Shown: positions 29,549 to 39,969, counted from the first letter of the stretch. The stretch is 62,662 bases of DNA from Burkholderiaceae bacterium (GCA_044376975.1 JBILJY010000001.1:1-62662); one strand, 5' to 3'. The notes: generated from the letters alone by a model not told the origin. Translations and numbers: made by a program.

Positions 29549-30602
29549 AAAAACTCCTTGAAGACAAAGAAATTTGACTGGAATGGCCCAACTGCGATGA
29601 TGCCACACCGGTCATCGGATACAGCTTAACCGCTGACTGCGCAAAATGCTCGGAAATTTCGGTGGCACTGAGATCGCGGGTAATGACGATAATCACATCA
29701 GGACGATTTTTTTGCGTCAACATTCGCCGTGGCATGCCGTAGGTGGTACCTACCCCCTGAATGAGAATCGGCTCTTCGCAGTCCGTTACCGTCACCAGCG
29801 CTTTAACACGCAAGAGCTTTTCGCCCGCCAGACCTGCGAGATCATCCAACCACCAGGACAAGTTTTCCCAGGAGATGCCAGGGGCTGCCTCCCCGCGCAG
29901 CACATGTATGCGGTGGTGCTCAAACCCTGAGCCTGAATAGCTCAAATTAGCCGCAGCTGCGTCAGCAATGGATGTGTTTTCGTTGGCCGGGGCGAATGCT
30001 GCATCAACTAATACAGCCCGCTCACGTCCAAACAAGATTTCGGCCAGAGGATTGATTCCCTGTGCTTGTCGCACGCGCTCCGCGAGTATCGCATCATCGA
30101 CTAGATCAATTTTTGTGAGCACAATTTTTTGTGCGGCTGCGAGTTGAGCGGCCGCATCCTCAAACTGCTCGGTACGCAGCCCGCCCGATTGCGCATCAAG
30201 CGTAGAGATTACCGAGACGCGTAACCCACGACCCGACAGTTCCGGGTCTGCCAAAGACGCCAGAATGGGGCCCGGTCGAGACAAGCCGCTGGTCTCCAGG
30301 ATGACACGGCGCAGCGCAGGAGCACCCACTGGGCGGGGCGCATCTAGCAAATCCGCGACTGTTGTCACCAGACTGCTACGCAAGGAACAACAAACGCAGC
30401 CGTTGGCAAGCATGCGTAAATCCAGCGCTTCCTGATCTTCGGCGACCAAAACACCATCAATGCCAATCTCACCCGCTTCATTGACAATGACAGCGGTGTC
30501 ACGCAGCTGCGTTTGACGCAAAAATTCTGACAGCAGTGTAGTCTTTCCGCTGCCTAGAAAGCCACACAGAACAACGAGCTCAACGGGCTGGTGGTCTGTC
30601 AT
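29529..30602 (-). CDS. COG0523/CobW-family GTPase metallochaperone
   Basis: GFLGSGKTT, NEAG, GCVCC, ETSGL, TKID, LLRVK; no His-rich insert. Confidence 0.92.
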   Translation of the reverse strand: MTDHQPVELVVLCGFLGSGKTTLLSEFLRQTQLRDTAVIVNEAGEIGIDGVLVAEDQEALDLRMLANGCVCCSLRSSLVTTVADLLDAPRPVGAPALRRVILETSGLSRPGPILASLADPELSGRGLRVSVISTLDAQSGGLRTEQFEDAAAQLAAAQKIVLTKIDLVDDAILAERVRQAQGINPLAEILFGRERAVLVDAAFAPANENTSIADAAAANLSYSGSGFEHHRIHVLRGEAAPGISWENLSWWLDDLAGLAGEKLLRVKALVTVTDCEEPILIQGVGTTYGMPRRMLTQKNRPDVIIVITRDLSATEISEHFAQSAVKLYPMTGVASSQLGHSSQISLSSRSFYASNDL

Positions 30603-32190
30603 CTTCGCTACCCACCCAGCTCTGATTCACGATATCCCGCACTTCAGCTAACAATTGCTCGGTGTCGTACACCACACCAGCGCGGATCGTATAACGCAAC
30701 GAACGCTTCCATTCTGCCTTCGATGTTTCGTCATTCAGGCGTATGGCACCGGTGCCATACATGAGTTTGAAATCTTCCAAAGGATTCAGATCATGGATAA
30801 GCAAATCGGCACGTTTACCCACATCGATCGAACCAGTATCGTCTTCTAGGCCCAGTAGCTCGGCACCAAGCGATGTTGCGGCACGCAACACTTCAAGAGG
30901 ATGGAAGCCAGCTTCTTGAAGTAACTCCAGCTCACGGATTAGTCCAAAACCATAGATTTGATAGATAAAGCCTGAATCGCTACCTGCGCAGACACGTCCA
31001 CCAAGGTTCTTATATTCGTTTACAAACTGCATCCACAACTGATAGTTCTGCTTCCACTCGACTTCATTCGTAGTGCTCCAGCGATACCAGTACGCACCAT
31101 GGCCACCGCGCTGGGGCTGGAAGTACTTCCAGATTGTTTTAACGGTGTAATCGCCGTGCCAGTCAGCCCGGCGTGCGCGCATGAGGTCTCGATTCGCGTC
31201 ATAGATATTGAAAGTCGGCACGAACGTATGACCAACTTCGAGAAACTGCTCAAGAACGTCATTCCACTTTCTACTGCCGGGCTGAGCAGCCTGCATAAAC
31301 ATCTGACCGGACACAGAGAACCGGAAATATTCATCACCGTAGTTATAGTCCGCCGGGAAATTCTGAACAGTCCGGTTTTCAAAGAGTGCCTCTGGAATGC
31401 CGTAATAATGCTCGGAACTCGTCAGCCCCCATTTTGCGGAACTTAATGCATTTACACGGGTGACGGCCATCTGCGCATGGTGGCAACCACTGCGTAGCCC
31501 CTGTTTACCAGCCTCATCAAGTGCCGCCTGCATGATGGTGGGCGGCGCACCAAAGAACTTGATGCCATCAGCACCTCGCGCTTTCACCCGCTTGACCCAG
31601 TCACGTGCTTGTTCAGGGGTAAATATCGTCTTAATACGCTCATTCACTGCAGGAAAATAAGCATGCAAAATCATACGCGGCGCCGCGATTTGGTTCGCCT
31701 CTGCGGCATCGCGCTGTTGCAGCATGTAGTTCAAGCCATTCATCGAGCCCATCTCGCGCACGGTTGTCACGCCGTGCGCGAGCCACAGCTTATACACATA
31801 GTCTGCCGTCGGCACCTCACCACTCATCGCGTGCCAAGGCGTACCCACGTGTGCATGGCAATCAATCAAGCCAGGTGTGACAAACTTTCCGTGACAATCG
31901 ATTTCATGATCGCCCGCGGCGGGACGATTACCGGGGTTGATCGGCTTGAGTGGCGTACCTACGTTCTTTAGTTCGGTGATTCGACCATTTTCAACAACGA
32001 TATCAACCGGACCAGATGGGGGGGCGCCCGTACCATCAATGACAGTCGCTCCACGTAATACGAGCCGCTTAAAAGGGCCGACACCACTCGTTCGTCCTGA
32101 CGCAGGTACGGCTGGATGCATGCCCTTAGGCTCAAACATCAAACGAGGCTCTTCCCCGGCCAAAACATCCACAGCTTTAATATCTGCCAT
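30580..32190 (-). CDS. Amidohydrolase superfamily protein
   Basis: PGLIDCHAH, GVTTVRE, GIKF, HH, EH, AGSD; GGAG RBS before MADIK. Confidence 0.87.
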   Translation of the reverse strand: MADIKAVDVLAGEEPRLMFEPKGMHPAVPASGRTSGVGPFKRLVLRGATVIDGTGAPPSGPVDIVVENGRITELKNVGTPLKPINPGNRPAAGDHEIDCHGKFVTPGLIDCHAHVGTPWHAMSGEVPTADYVYKLWLAHGVTTVREMGSMNGLNYMLQQRDAAEANQIAAPRMILHAYFPAVNERIKTIFTPEQARDWVKRVKARGADGIKFFGAPPTIMQAALDEAGKQGLRSGCHHAQMAVTRVNALSSAKWGLTSSEHYYGIPEALFENRTVQNFPADYNYGDEYFRFSVSGQMFMQAAQPGSRKWNDVLEQFLEVGHTFVPTFNIYDANRDLMRARRADWHGDYTVKTIWKYFQPQRGGHGAYWYRWSTTNEVEWKQNYQLWMQFVNEYKNLGGRVCAGSDSGFIYQIYGFGLIRELELLQEAGFHPLEVLRAATSLGAELLGLEDDTGSIDVGKRADLLIHDLNPLEDFKLMYGTGAIRLNDETSKAEWKRSLRYTIRAGVVYDTEQLLAEVRDIVNQSWVGSEDDRPPAR

Positions 32191-32225
32191 CACGACTCCA
32201 CATGCAGTAAAAAACGATCCGCGTC

Positions 32226-33476
32226 CTAAAGACGGTTCACATACACAACACCTTCTTTCATGACCAACGGAATGTGGTCCCCCTGCCCCAGCAGACAAGA
32301 CACGTCGCGCAACGGATCACCCTCAACAATTAGGACATCCGCCAAGGCGCCAGGCGTCAAGCGTCCAAGTTTGCCCGTCATATTCAATACTTCCGCGGCA
32401 GTGGTCGTGGCGCTGCGTAACACCTCAGCGATCGGCAGGACCTCAGCACGAATCCGGAACTCTTCGCTCTGCAGCCTGTGGGATGGACCCAACAAATCAC
32501 TTCCAAAACCCATCTTGACGCCCGCGTTGCGGTAGATCTCAAGCGAAGCAAGACCCGCTGTGCGAACCTCGTCAATTTTTGCAACGCTATCGGCCGGCAA
32601 TCCGTATTGTGCACCCTCTTTGGCGAGCGCTTCGAAGGTAATCAAGGTGGGAACGACGTAGGCGTTGTGTTCTTGCATGAGCTTTGCAGTCGCCTGGTCG
32701 ACTAAGTTGCCATGTTCGATCGTGCGTACGCCTAAGCGAACCGCGCGCGCGATGGCTTCAGGCGTGTAGGAATGTGCCATGACATAGGTTTGACGCGCTT
32801 TAGCTTCGTGCACGATTGCGGCGATCTCCTCGTCGGAGTACCCCCAAGAGGCGATAGGATCCGTGGGCGATGCAACGCCACCTGACGCCATAATTTTGAT
32901 CTGATCTGCACCCATCTGAAACTCTTGGCGGACTGCTTCCCGCAAAGCGTCAACACCATCCACAACTCGCCCGATATCACCCGCGCGAAAGCAACAACCG
33001 CAAAAACTCATCGGACGCAAATGGTCTGATCGAGGCCGAGGGTCGCCATGTCCACCCGTCTGGCTTAGTGCACGGCCCGCAATGAAGAGCCGCGGCCCAT
33101 CGATCGTCCCCTCATTGATTGCGCACTTAAGTCCCCAGCCAGCACCAGCGGCATCGCGTACGGTGGTGAACCCGCGCTGCAGCATGCCCTTGATAATGGG
33201 TACCGAGCGCATCATCACCAGAGCATCCGGCAATGCGCCCTGAGTACTCAAATTTAGCTGAGTCGCCGTCACATGCACATGCAAATCAATTAAGCCAGGC
33301 ATGATTGTCTTGCCAGCCACATCAATCACCCGAGCCGTTTTGCTACTCAGCGGCTTATCCGATACCTCTTTGATCAACCCATTTTCAATCAAGATATCGT
33401 GAGGCCCTAGCAGTGCATCATGCAGCGGATCGAGCAAATTTCCATTTTTGAAGAGGACAGTTTCTTGCATAGACAC
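32226..33476 (-). CDS. Binuclear amidohydrolase (prolidase/carboxypeptidase-like subgroup)
   Basis: PGLIDLHVH, GFTTVRDA, QTGGHGD, IKIMASGG, MAH, IEHG, GSD. Confidence 0.9.
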   Translation of the reverse strand: MSMQETVLFKNGNLLDPLHDALLGPHDILIENGLIKEVSDKPLSSKTARVIDVAGKTIMPGLIDLHVHVTATQLNLSTQGALPDALVMMRSVPIIKGMLQRGFTTVRDAAGAGWGLKCAINEGTIDGPRLFIAGRALSQTGGHGDPRPRSDHLRPMSFCGCCFRAGDIGRVVDGVDALREAVRQEFQMGADQIKIMASGGVASPTDPIASWGYSDEEIAAIVHEAKARQTYVMAHSYTPEAIARAVRLGVRTIEHGNLVDQATAKLMQEHNAYVVPTLITFEALAKEGAQYGLPADSVAKIDEVRTAGLASLEIYRNAGVKMGFGSDLLGPSHRLQSEEFRIRAEVLPIAEVLRSATTTAAEVLNMTGKLGRLTPGALADVLIVEGDPLRDVSCLLGQGDHIPLVMKEGVVYVNRL

Positions 33477-33500
33477 CTCAAAATTTCGTTAAGCAGTAAC

Positions 33501-34382
33501 TTACGACGCCATTGTTCTGACATACCTGCGATGGATCAACCAATTTGCACTCAACGCAATCAGCATGGTGGCAATCACCAGAATAAGTGCCATGCTCGAC
33601 CCAAAGGTCCAGTTAGACGCTTTGGCTATTTGGCCGTACAAAGAAGGCGCCATCATTGTGATTCCGCTCCCGCCAAGCAAAACAGGCGTAGCGTAAGCAT
33701 TCATGCACAAAATAAATACCAGCATCGTTCCCGCGGCCACACCGGGAGCTGCGATTGGCAGCACAACGCGCCAAAAGGTCGTAAACATGTTGGCGCCGAG
33801 ATTCTGTGCTGCCTCTTCTACAGCGAAATCGATTCCCTCCAATACACTCTGGAGCGTCAGGATCATGAAGGGCAATACAACGGCTGTGGTGCCAATTACC
33901 ACTGCCAGGGGTGTGTACAGCAACTTAATCGGTTGCGCGATCACACCGAGCCAGACCAGCAAGGCATTGACTGCGCCGGCATTACCAAGCACCACCATCC
34001 ACCCCGCGGCTCGGACAACGTTGCCGACCATCAGGGGAAAGACCAGCAGGATAATTAACAGGCTCTTGTGCCGAGACTGTGTCTTAGCCAAAAAATACGC
34101 AACGGGAAAACCAAACAGAAGCGCAAGCAAGGTGCAGGTCGCAGCGACTTTTAGCGTGTCAAAAAACACGCCACGGTAATACGAATCACTAAAAAATTTT
34201 ACGTAGTTTTCAAAGGTAAAACCTTCGCGCATGATATGCACGGGATCGTGAAAGTTAAAGCTATAACGAAACATCAAGACGATGGGCACCATGATGATGC
34301 AAAACACCACCAAAGAGGACGGGAAGGCCAAACAGGCGCCGAGTCGCGCTTGGCGAGCGTCGCCTCGGGATACCGCGCTCAC
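33501..34382 (-). CDS. ABC permease (PotB-like)
   Basis: EEAAQNLGA EAA motif; 6 TM segments. Confidence 0.9.
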   Translation of the reverse strand: MSAVSRGDARQARLGACLAFPSSLVVFCIIMVPIVLMFRYSFNFHDPVHIMREGFTFENYVKFFSDSYYRGVFFDTLKVAATCTLLALLFGFPVAYFLAKTQSRHKSLLIILLVFPLMVGNVVRAAGWMVVLGNAGAVNALLVWLGVIAQPIKLLYTPLAVVIGTTAVVLPFMILTLQSVLEGIDFAVEEAAQNLGANMFTTFWRVVLPIAAPGVAAGTMLVFILCMNAYATPVLLGGSGITMMAPSLYGQIAKASNWTFGSSMALILVIATMLIALSANWLIHRRYVRTMAS

Positions 34383-35446
34383 GCGTCTCCCTCCTCATTA
34401 AAGACCACGCAGTCGGACGCCTTGAAGTTCATGACCAACCCTCGTCCGGTCGTGAATGCATCAGCGGGAGACACTGTTGCCGTATTGGGCACTTGGCACG
34501 AAAGGCGTTGCTGATTCGGACCGGCCAATACCACGTCGACGAAGGATCCTAAATATGCCGATGACTGTACCGTGACAGGTATATTGTTTCCGCTTGTGGC
34601 GACAGCCACCAATTCAACCCGCTCTGGTCGCACACCCACTCGCTTAGTGCTCTGAGTCACAGCATCCACGTTGAGTAGCAATCCGTCTGTAGTCTTAAAC
34701 TGACCCGGCCCCACACACGTGCCGGCAAAAAAGTTCATTTTTCCAAGAAACTCGGCAACGAAAAAATTCTCAGGTTGCTCATATAGAACATCCGGGCGAC
34801 CGACTTGCTGGACTTTGCCGTCATGCATGATCGCCATTCGATCCGATATTGCGAGAGCCTCTTCCTGATCGTGAGTGACGAAGATGGTCGTCAAACCCAA
34901 CCGTTGCTGCAACGCACGGATTTCCTCTCGCACCTCAAGTCGTAGCTTTGCATCCAAATTAGACAATGGCTCGTCTAGAAGAAACACTTTAGGCTCAATC
35001 GCTAGCGCACGCGCAATAGCCACCCGCTGTTGCTGTCCACCCGAGAGCTGACGCGGGTAACGATCTTTGTACTCAGTCATACGGACCATATCAAGGGCCA
35101 ACTCAATGCGACGATCTCGCTCATGGGCCGAGACCTTCCGCATTTCAAGTCCAAACGAAACGTTTTGCGCAACGGTCATGTGCGGAAAGAGTGCGTAGCG
35201 TTGAAACACCATCCCCGTATTGCGTTGATGAACAGGCAATGCAGTGACATCCGTGCCACCAATCAAAATTCGGCCTGCGGTCGGGTCAATGAATCCCGCA
35301 ATCATGCGCAGCGTCGTCGTCTTTCCACAACCGCTCGGCCCTAAGAATGACACTAGTTCGCCATCCGCAATTTCGAGAGAAAAATCTGAGACGGCGACGG
35401 ATTGCCCAAACTGCTTTTTAAGATGAATAAGAGAAACATTAGCCAT
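34379..35446 (-). CDS. ABC ATP-binding protein (PotA-like)
   Basis: GPSGCGKTT, LSGGQQQR, LLDEP, VTHDQEEA. Confidence 0.93.
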   Translation of the reverse strand: MANVSLIHLKKQFGQSVAVSDFSLEIADGELVSFLGPSGCGKTTTLRMIAGFIDPTAGRILIGGTDVTALPVHQRNTGMVFQRYALFPHMTVAQNVSFGLEMRKVSAHERDRRIELALDMVRMTEYKDRYPRQLSGGQQQRVAIARALAIEPKVFLLDEPLSNLDAKLRLEVREEIRALQQRLGLTTIFVTHDQEEALAISDRMAIMHDGKVQQVGRPDVLYEQPENFFVAEFLGKMNFFAGTCVGPGQFKTTDGLLLNVDAVTQSTKRVGVRPERVELVAVATSGNNIPVTVQSSAYLGSFVDVVLAGPNQQRLSCQVPNTATVSPADAFTTGRGLVMNFKASDCVVFNEEGDA

Positions 35447-35452
35447 ATGAGA

Positions 35453-36283
35453 TCACACCACTTGACTGAGTTTGACGAAACGGTCAGTCACCAACATGAT
35501 GATACCGAGCAAAAGGATTTGAACCGACGATACCGCTGCAATAGTCGGGTCCAGATTGAATTCGAGATATTGCATGATCGCAATAGGTAGGGTGGTGCTC
35601 CCAGGTCCAACAAGGGACAGCGAGACCTCGAGATTTTCGAACGAAACGATAAAACTAAACAATGCAGCAGCCACGATCGCTGGGCGTAGCATTGGCAGAG
35701 TGATGCGCCAGAAAGCCACACGTCCGTTCGCACCCAAATTGCGAGCGGCCTCCTCTATCGAGGGATCTAAGCCGTGCATGCTTGCAGAAACAAGCCGCAC
35801 AGTCCAGGGAATAGTCAGACAAATATGTGCCAGCACCAACCCACCCAGAGTGCCTACGATATCGCGATCTAAAAAGTTTTCCGTCCTTAAATAAAACAAA
35901 TAAATCGCTATTCCAGCAACAATTCCAGGCATCAATAACGGCGACAACAAAAGGGTATTCACATATTTTGCGCCTCTGAAACGATATCGAATCAAGCCTA
36001 GCGCGGCTACAACGCCGATCGAAACGCCAATCAGTGCCGAAACAATCGCTAACTGCAAACTGAAAATAAACCCATTAACAAAAGACTGATTGTCCCAGGC
36101 ATTCTTGTACCAGGACAACGTATACCCCGAGGGTGGAAAATAAAGAATCGAATCCTTGAAAAAGCTTAGCCAGATCACAAAGACCAAGGGACACAGCATG
36201 ATTGCGTAAACCAAGAATACAAATACCCGCAAAAACCATTTGCCGAGGTGAAAACGTCTAATTGGAGCGATGCTTGCTAACAC
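35453..36283 (-). CDS. ABC permease (PotC-like)
   Basis: FPPSG.TL.WY, EEAARNLGA, TLP motifs. Confidence 0.9.
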   Translation of the reverse strand: MLASIAPIRRFHLGKWFLRVFVFLVYAIMLCPLVFVIWLSFFKDSILYFPPSGYTLSWYKNAWDNQSFVNGFIFSLQLAIVSALIGVSIGVVAALGLIRYRFRGAKYVNTLLLSPLLMPGIVAGIAIYLFYLRTENFLDRDIVGTLGGLVLAHICLTIPWTVRLVSASMHGLDPSIEEAARNLGANGRVAFWRITLPMLRPAIVAAALFSFIVSFENLEVSLSLVGPGSTTLPIAIMQYLEFNLDPTIAAVSSVQILLLGIIMLVTDRFVKLSQVV

Positions 36284-36418
36284 TTAAATACACTCTTAAT
36301 AACTAATTCAATGGATGCTAGGGGTTAAGTGCACTTTACATTACCGGTATTTACCCTGAGCTTAAACCAGAATTTACCTAGTCGGGTTCGATTTGACATC
36401 AGAGTCTAGAAAAGAGAG

Positions 36419-36447
36419 TTGACATGACCCGACCCTCGCGATACTTT
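36419..36447 (+). promoter_or_regulatory. Sigma70-like promoter of cbiM
   Basis: TTGACA-N17-TACTTT. Confidence 0.65.
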
Positions 36448-36499
36448 ATAGTTGTTAACTTGCAACCTCTTGTTTCAACTTCTTTTGGGTGTCCGCATC

Positions 36500-37177
36500 A
36501 TGCATATCGAGCCAGGCGTAGTAGACGGCGCAAAAATACTTCTGAGCATCGGTACGGCTAGCGTGGCGTTTGCGCTCACCGCTAAGGCTGCCATTGACAT
36601 GCTTCGGTCTGATGGCTTTTCCGCACTCGTGACGCGCTCGTTCATTGCGACCTTTTTGGTGTTTTGCTCTTTTGAAGTGCTGTGGCACCATCCGGTCGGG
36701 GTCTCGGAAGTACACCTGATTATGGGAAGCACACTATTTCTTTTGTTTGGTGCAGCACCAACCGCGCTTGGTCTCGCACTTGGTTTGCTCATACAAGGTG
36801 TATTTTTTGCTCCGACTGACTTACCACAGCTCGGCATGAATCTGACCTCCTTGCTGCTTCCGCTATTTGCGATGGGCGCCATTGCAAAGCGTCTCATCGC
36901 ACCGTCCACACCTTATGTCGATCTGACGTATCGCCAAACCCTCAAACTGTCGCTCGTGTTTCAAGGTGGAGTCGTCGCCTGGGTGGTCTTCTGGTCGGTT
37001 TACGGTCAAGGTTTGGCTAGCGCAAACTGGGAAGGGATCGCTTCTTTTGCCGCCGCCTATAGCGTCATCCTTTTACTTGAGCCGCTGCTGAACCTCGGAG
37101 CCTTGGCGTTAGCTAAACGTGCATCAGTTAGCCAGCAGACGACACTCTTCTCACCGAGCCTGAGTAGTGGTCATTGA
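36500..37177 (+). CDS. cbiM: CbiM/NikM-type ECF S-component (Co/Ni uptake)
   Basis: N-terminal MHIEPG metal-binding start, SEVHL, LLIQG..FA motifs. Confidence 0.82.
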   Translation: MHIEPGVVDGAKILLSIGTASVAFALTAKAAIDMLRSDGFSALVTRSFIATFLVFCSFEVLWHHPVGVSEVHLIMGSTLFLLFGAAPTALGLALGLLIQGVFFAPTDLPQLGMNLTSLLLPLFAMGAIAKRLIAPSTPYVDLTYRQTLKLSLVFQGGVVAWVVFWSVYGQGLASANWEGIASFAAAYSVILLLEPLLNLGALALAKRASVSQQTTLFSPSLSSGH

Positions 37178-37181
37178 GAGT

Positions 37182-38486
37182 TTAGGCGCTTGCGGCACTG
37201 ACTCGCTCCGGCGCAAAGCGTAAGGTGAACGTACTTCCTTTCCCTAGCGTACTCACAATTTGTAACTGGGCATGATGCCTACTTGCAATGTGCTTGACGA
37301 TGGCAAGCCCAAGGCCAGTCCCACCCGTGTCGCGTGAGCGGCTACCATCGACCCGATAAAATCTCTCGGTCAAGCGTGCGATGTGCGCTGCATCAATGCC
37401 TGGTCCGGTATCAGTAACGGCGAACTCACCGTAACCGTCTTCTGCCACCGACCACTTCACTTGAATAGACCCGCCTTCCGGGGTGTAGCGAATCGCATTC
37501 GATATGAGATTACTAAAAGCAGACTGCAACTCACGCTGCTCTCCCATCAACGCATGCGCTGACTCTACTGAAAAATCAATACGATGTTTACCTTTAGACA
37601 GCGCCTCGGCGTCTGAGCGTAATGCGCCCATTTCCGCCATCACGCTAAAAGGAGTAGAGGGTGCCACCTTAGAATTTGCCTCAAGCTTGGCAAGCGTCAA
37701 TAAATCTTCAACAAGATTTTTCATTCGACGAGATTGTGTCATCATCAAATCTAAATATCGACTTTGCTGATCTGGAGCCAATTCGATCGATTGCATAGTT
37801 TCCAAAAAACCAATCAAAACCGTAAGCGGCGTGCGTATCTCGTGCGAGACGTTTGCTACAAAGTCTCGACGCATTGCTTCCGTACGCTGCAGTTCGGTAA
37901 TGTCTTGCGCTAACAACAAGGACTGGTCATCTGCAAACGGGAAAATCTGCACCACTACTGTAAGACTTGCCGCGACACCCAAGCGTTCAATCACAATGGG
38001 ATTATCAAAATCTCCGGCATTCAGATAACCCACAAACTCCGGATTACGCACAAGATGCGCGATGCTCTGATTTGCATCCCTTTTAAAATCTAAACCAAAA
38101 AAGCGCTCGGCACTGGCATTACACCATTCAACTTGGTTCTTCTCATCAAGCATGATGACACCGTTTGGCGATGCCTGAAACCCTTGAATGAACCGATCGT
38201 GTTGTTGTTCGATGGCATGGATACGTGCTTGCAGTTCTGTCAACATGCGCTGCCGCTGCGTCAACACCTCGCCCCACAGACCGACGGAGAGTAGCGATGA
38301 AGCATCGGCGGTCGCAGTGTTTTTCTGCAACCATTGTAAGTTGTAGTAGGAATACAGTAAGGGGATAATCAGCGGCACAACACCTAAGAGGTAAGCACCC
38401 CACACACCCACCACTTCGTACCCCAGTATCGCTAATGCGAGTGAGGTAAGCACGATTAGAATGAAACGCCCTGCGGCTGCCGACAT
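37182..38486 (-). CDS. phoR: Phosphate regulon sensor kinase
   Basis: PAS domain, RRDFVANVSHEIRTPLT, NAIRYTP, RLTERFYRVD, GGTGLGL. Confidence 0.95.
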   Translation of the reverse strand: MSAAAGRFILIVLTSLALAILGYEVVGVWGAYLLGVVPLIIPLLYSYYNLQWLQKNTATADASSLLSVGLWGEVLTQRQRMLTELQARIHAIEQQHDRFIQGFQASPNGVIMLDEKNQVEWCNASAERFFGLDFKRDANQSIAHLVRNPEFVGYLNAGDFDNPIVIERLGVAASLTVVVQIFPFADDQSLLLAQDITELQRTEAMRRDFVANVSHEIRTPLTVLIGFLETMQSIELAPDQQSRYLDLMMTQSRRMKNLVEDLLTLAKLEANSKVAPSTPFSVMAEMGALRSDAEALSKGKHRIDFSVESAHALMGEQRELQSAFSNLISNAIRYTPEGGSIQVKWSVAEDGYGEFAVTDTGPGIDAAHIARLTERFYRVDGSRSRDTGGTGLGLAIVKHIASRHHAQLQIVSTLGKGSTFTLRFAPERVSAASA

Positions 38487-38513
38487 CAATCAAAAAGCTC
38501 CGAGCGACTGTAT

Positions 38514-39248
38514 CTAAGACTTGTCACCGTCCGTATTTGGGCTCGGTGTTCTCGTGGCACGATAACCGACTCCTCGCACGGTTTCAATGTAGGCATCACA
38601 TTTCGCGACGGCGAGCGCGACTCTTAACCTGCGAATGTGCACATCGACAGTTCGCTCTTCGATGAATACCTCATTGCCCCACACCTGATCTAACAGTTGA
38701 GCCCGGGAATGCACCCGCTCTGGAGCGCTCATTAAGAACTGTAGCAAGCGAAACTCGGTCGGCCCAACCACGATTTCTCGACGGGTGGCATTGGGCCACT
38801 CGGCTGTGACACGATGTGTGACCGGGTCTAACCGCATCGCGCCAAGTACCATCAATTCATCTTGGGACGGCGCCCGACTATGGCGACGCAGAAGCGCCTT
38901 GACGCGCGCCATGAGCTCCTTCGTTGAGAAGGGCTTTGTCATGTAGTCATCCGCTCCGGAATCCAGACCCAGCACCTTGTCTGCCTCCTCGCTCTTTGCG
39001 GTGAGCATCAAAATAGGGACCATTGCCGTAGCTTCATTGGCTCGCAACTCTTTCGCAAACTGAACGCCTGACTTTCCAGGAAGCATCCAATCAAGAATGA
39101 TTAGATCTGGCATGGTCTGACGTATCAACTGAGTCGCCTCATCGGCCTGGAAAGCGCGATCGACAACATACGCGCCGTGAAGTAGATTGATCGCAATCAG
39201 TTCAGATATTGAGGGCTCGTCTTCAACAATCAGAATACGCTGACTCAT
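38514..39248 (-). CDS. phoB: Phosphate regulon response regulator
   Basis: LDWMLPG.SG, GPTEFRLL, EERTVDVHIRRLR, TVRG.GY. Confidence 0.95.
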   Translation of the reverse strand: MSQRILIVEDEPSISELIAINLLHGAYVVDRAFQADEATQLIRQTMPDLIILDWMLPGKSGVQFAKELRANEATAMVPILMLTAKSEEADKVLGLDSGADDYMTKPFSTKELMARVKALLRRHSRAPSQDELMVLGAMRLDPVTHRVTAEWPNATRREIVVGPTEFRLLQFLMSAPERVHSRAQLLDQVWGNEVFIEERTVDVHIRRLRVALAVAKCDAYIETVRGVGYRATRTPSPNTDGDKS

Positions 39249-39258
39249 GATCCAATCC

Positions 39259-39969
39259 CTATTCCGTCGCGCGTTGCATTAACTCTTTCTTGGGAGTGTG
39301 CCTGAGATCATCACCACCCACGACATAAATAACGAACTCCGCAATGTTCTTTGCATGATCACCAATGCGCTCGACAGACTTCGCGATGGTTAGAATATCC
39401 AAGCCAGTCGCAATGGTGTGCGGATCTTCAGCAAGATAGGACGTCAGCTTGCGCACAAAGGCACGAAACTCTTCGTCAATCTGTTTATCATCCAGAACGA
39501 TCGCGGCAGCTGCCGCAGCGTCTTGCCTTGCAAAGGCATCTAGGCTTTGACGCAGTTGTTTAAGGGCCATTTGTCCCGAGATGATTATCTCTGCAACGTT
39601 GATATTGTTCTCAACACCTTTGCGGATAATCTTTCTCGTGCGTTTCGCAACCTTCTCCGCTTCGTCGCCTGCGCGCTCAAGGTTTGTATTGGCTTTAGAG
39701 ATGGCCATGATCAGGCGCAGATCGCGTGCAGTGGGCTGCCGCTTTGCAATAATCTCAGTGCAGCCCGAGTCAATTTCGATCTCTTTTGCATTGACGATTT
39801 TTTCTCGAGCAATCACCGCCTCGCAGCGCTCTAGATCCATTTCGGTAAACGCAGCCATCGCCTCTTGCGTCTGCGACTCTACGAGCCCACCCATTTCAAG
39901 CAAGCTACTGCAAAGCGCGTTCAACTCAAGGTCGAACTGCGACGAGATGTGTTTATCAGGCATATTCAT
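39259..39969 (-). CDS. phoU: Phosphate signalling protein PhoU
   Basis: KHISSQFD, QPTARDLR, LER.GD, ERIGDHAKNIAE. Confidence 0.95.
   Translation of the reverse strand: MNMPDKHISSQFDLELNALCSSLLEMGGLVESQTQEAMAAFTEMDLERCEAVIAREKIVNAKEIEIDSGCTEIIAKRQPTARDLRLIMAISKANTNLERAGDEAEKVAKRTRKIIRKGVENNINVAEIIISGQMALKQLRQSLDAFARQDAAAAAAIVLDDKQIDEEFRAFVRKLTSYLAEDPHTIATGLDILTIAKSVERIGDHAKNIAEFVIYVVGGDDLRHTPKKELMQRATE

Noticed and set aside
33420-34179. 212-aa and 158-aa plus-strand ORFs, and the many other short overlapping ORFs in the track
   Set aside because: Antisense or off-frame shadows of well-supported genes, with no motifs.
36284-36499. Cobalamin riboswitch upstream of cbiM
   Set aside because: No B12-box-like sequence seen, and the predicted leader is too short.
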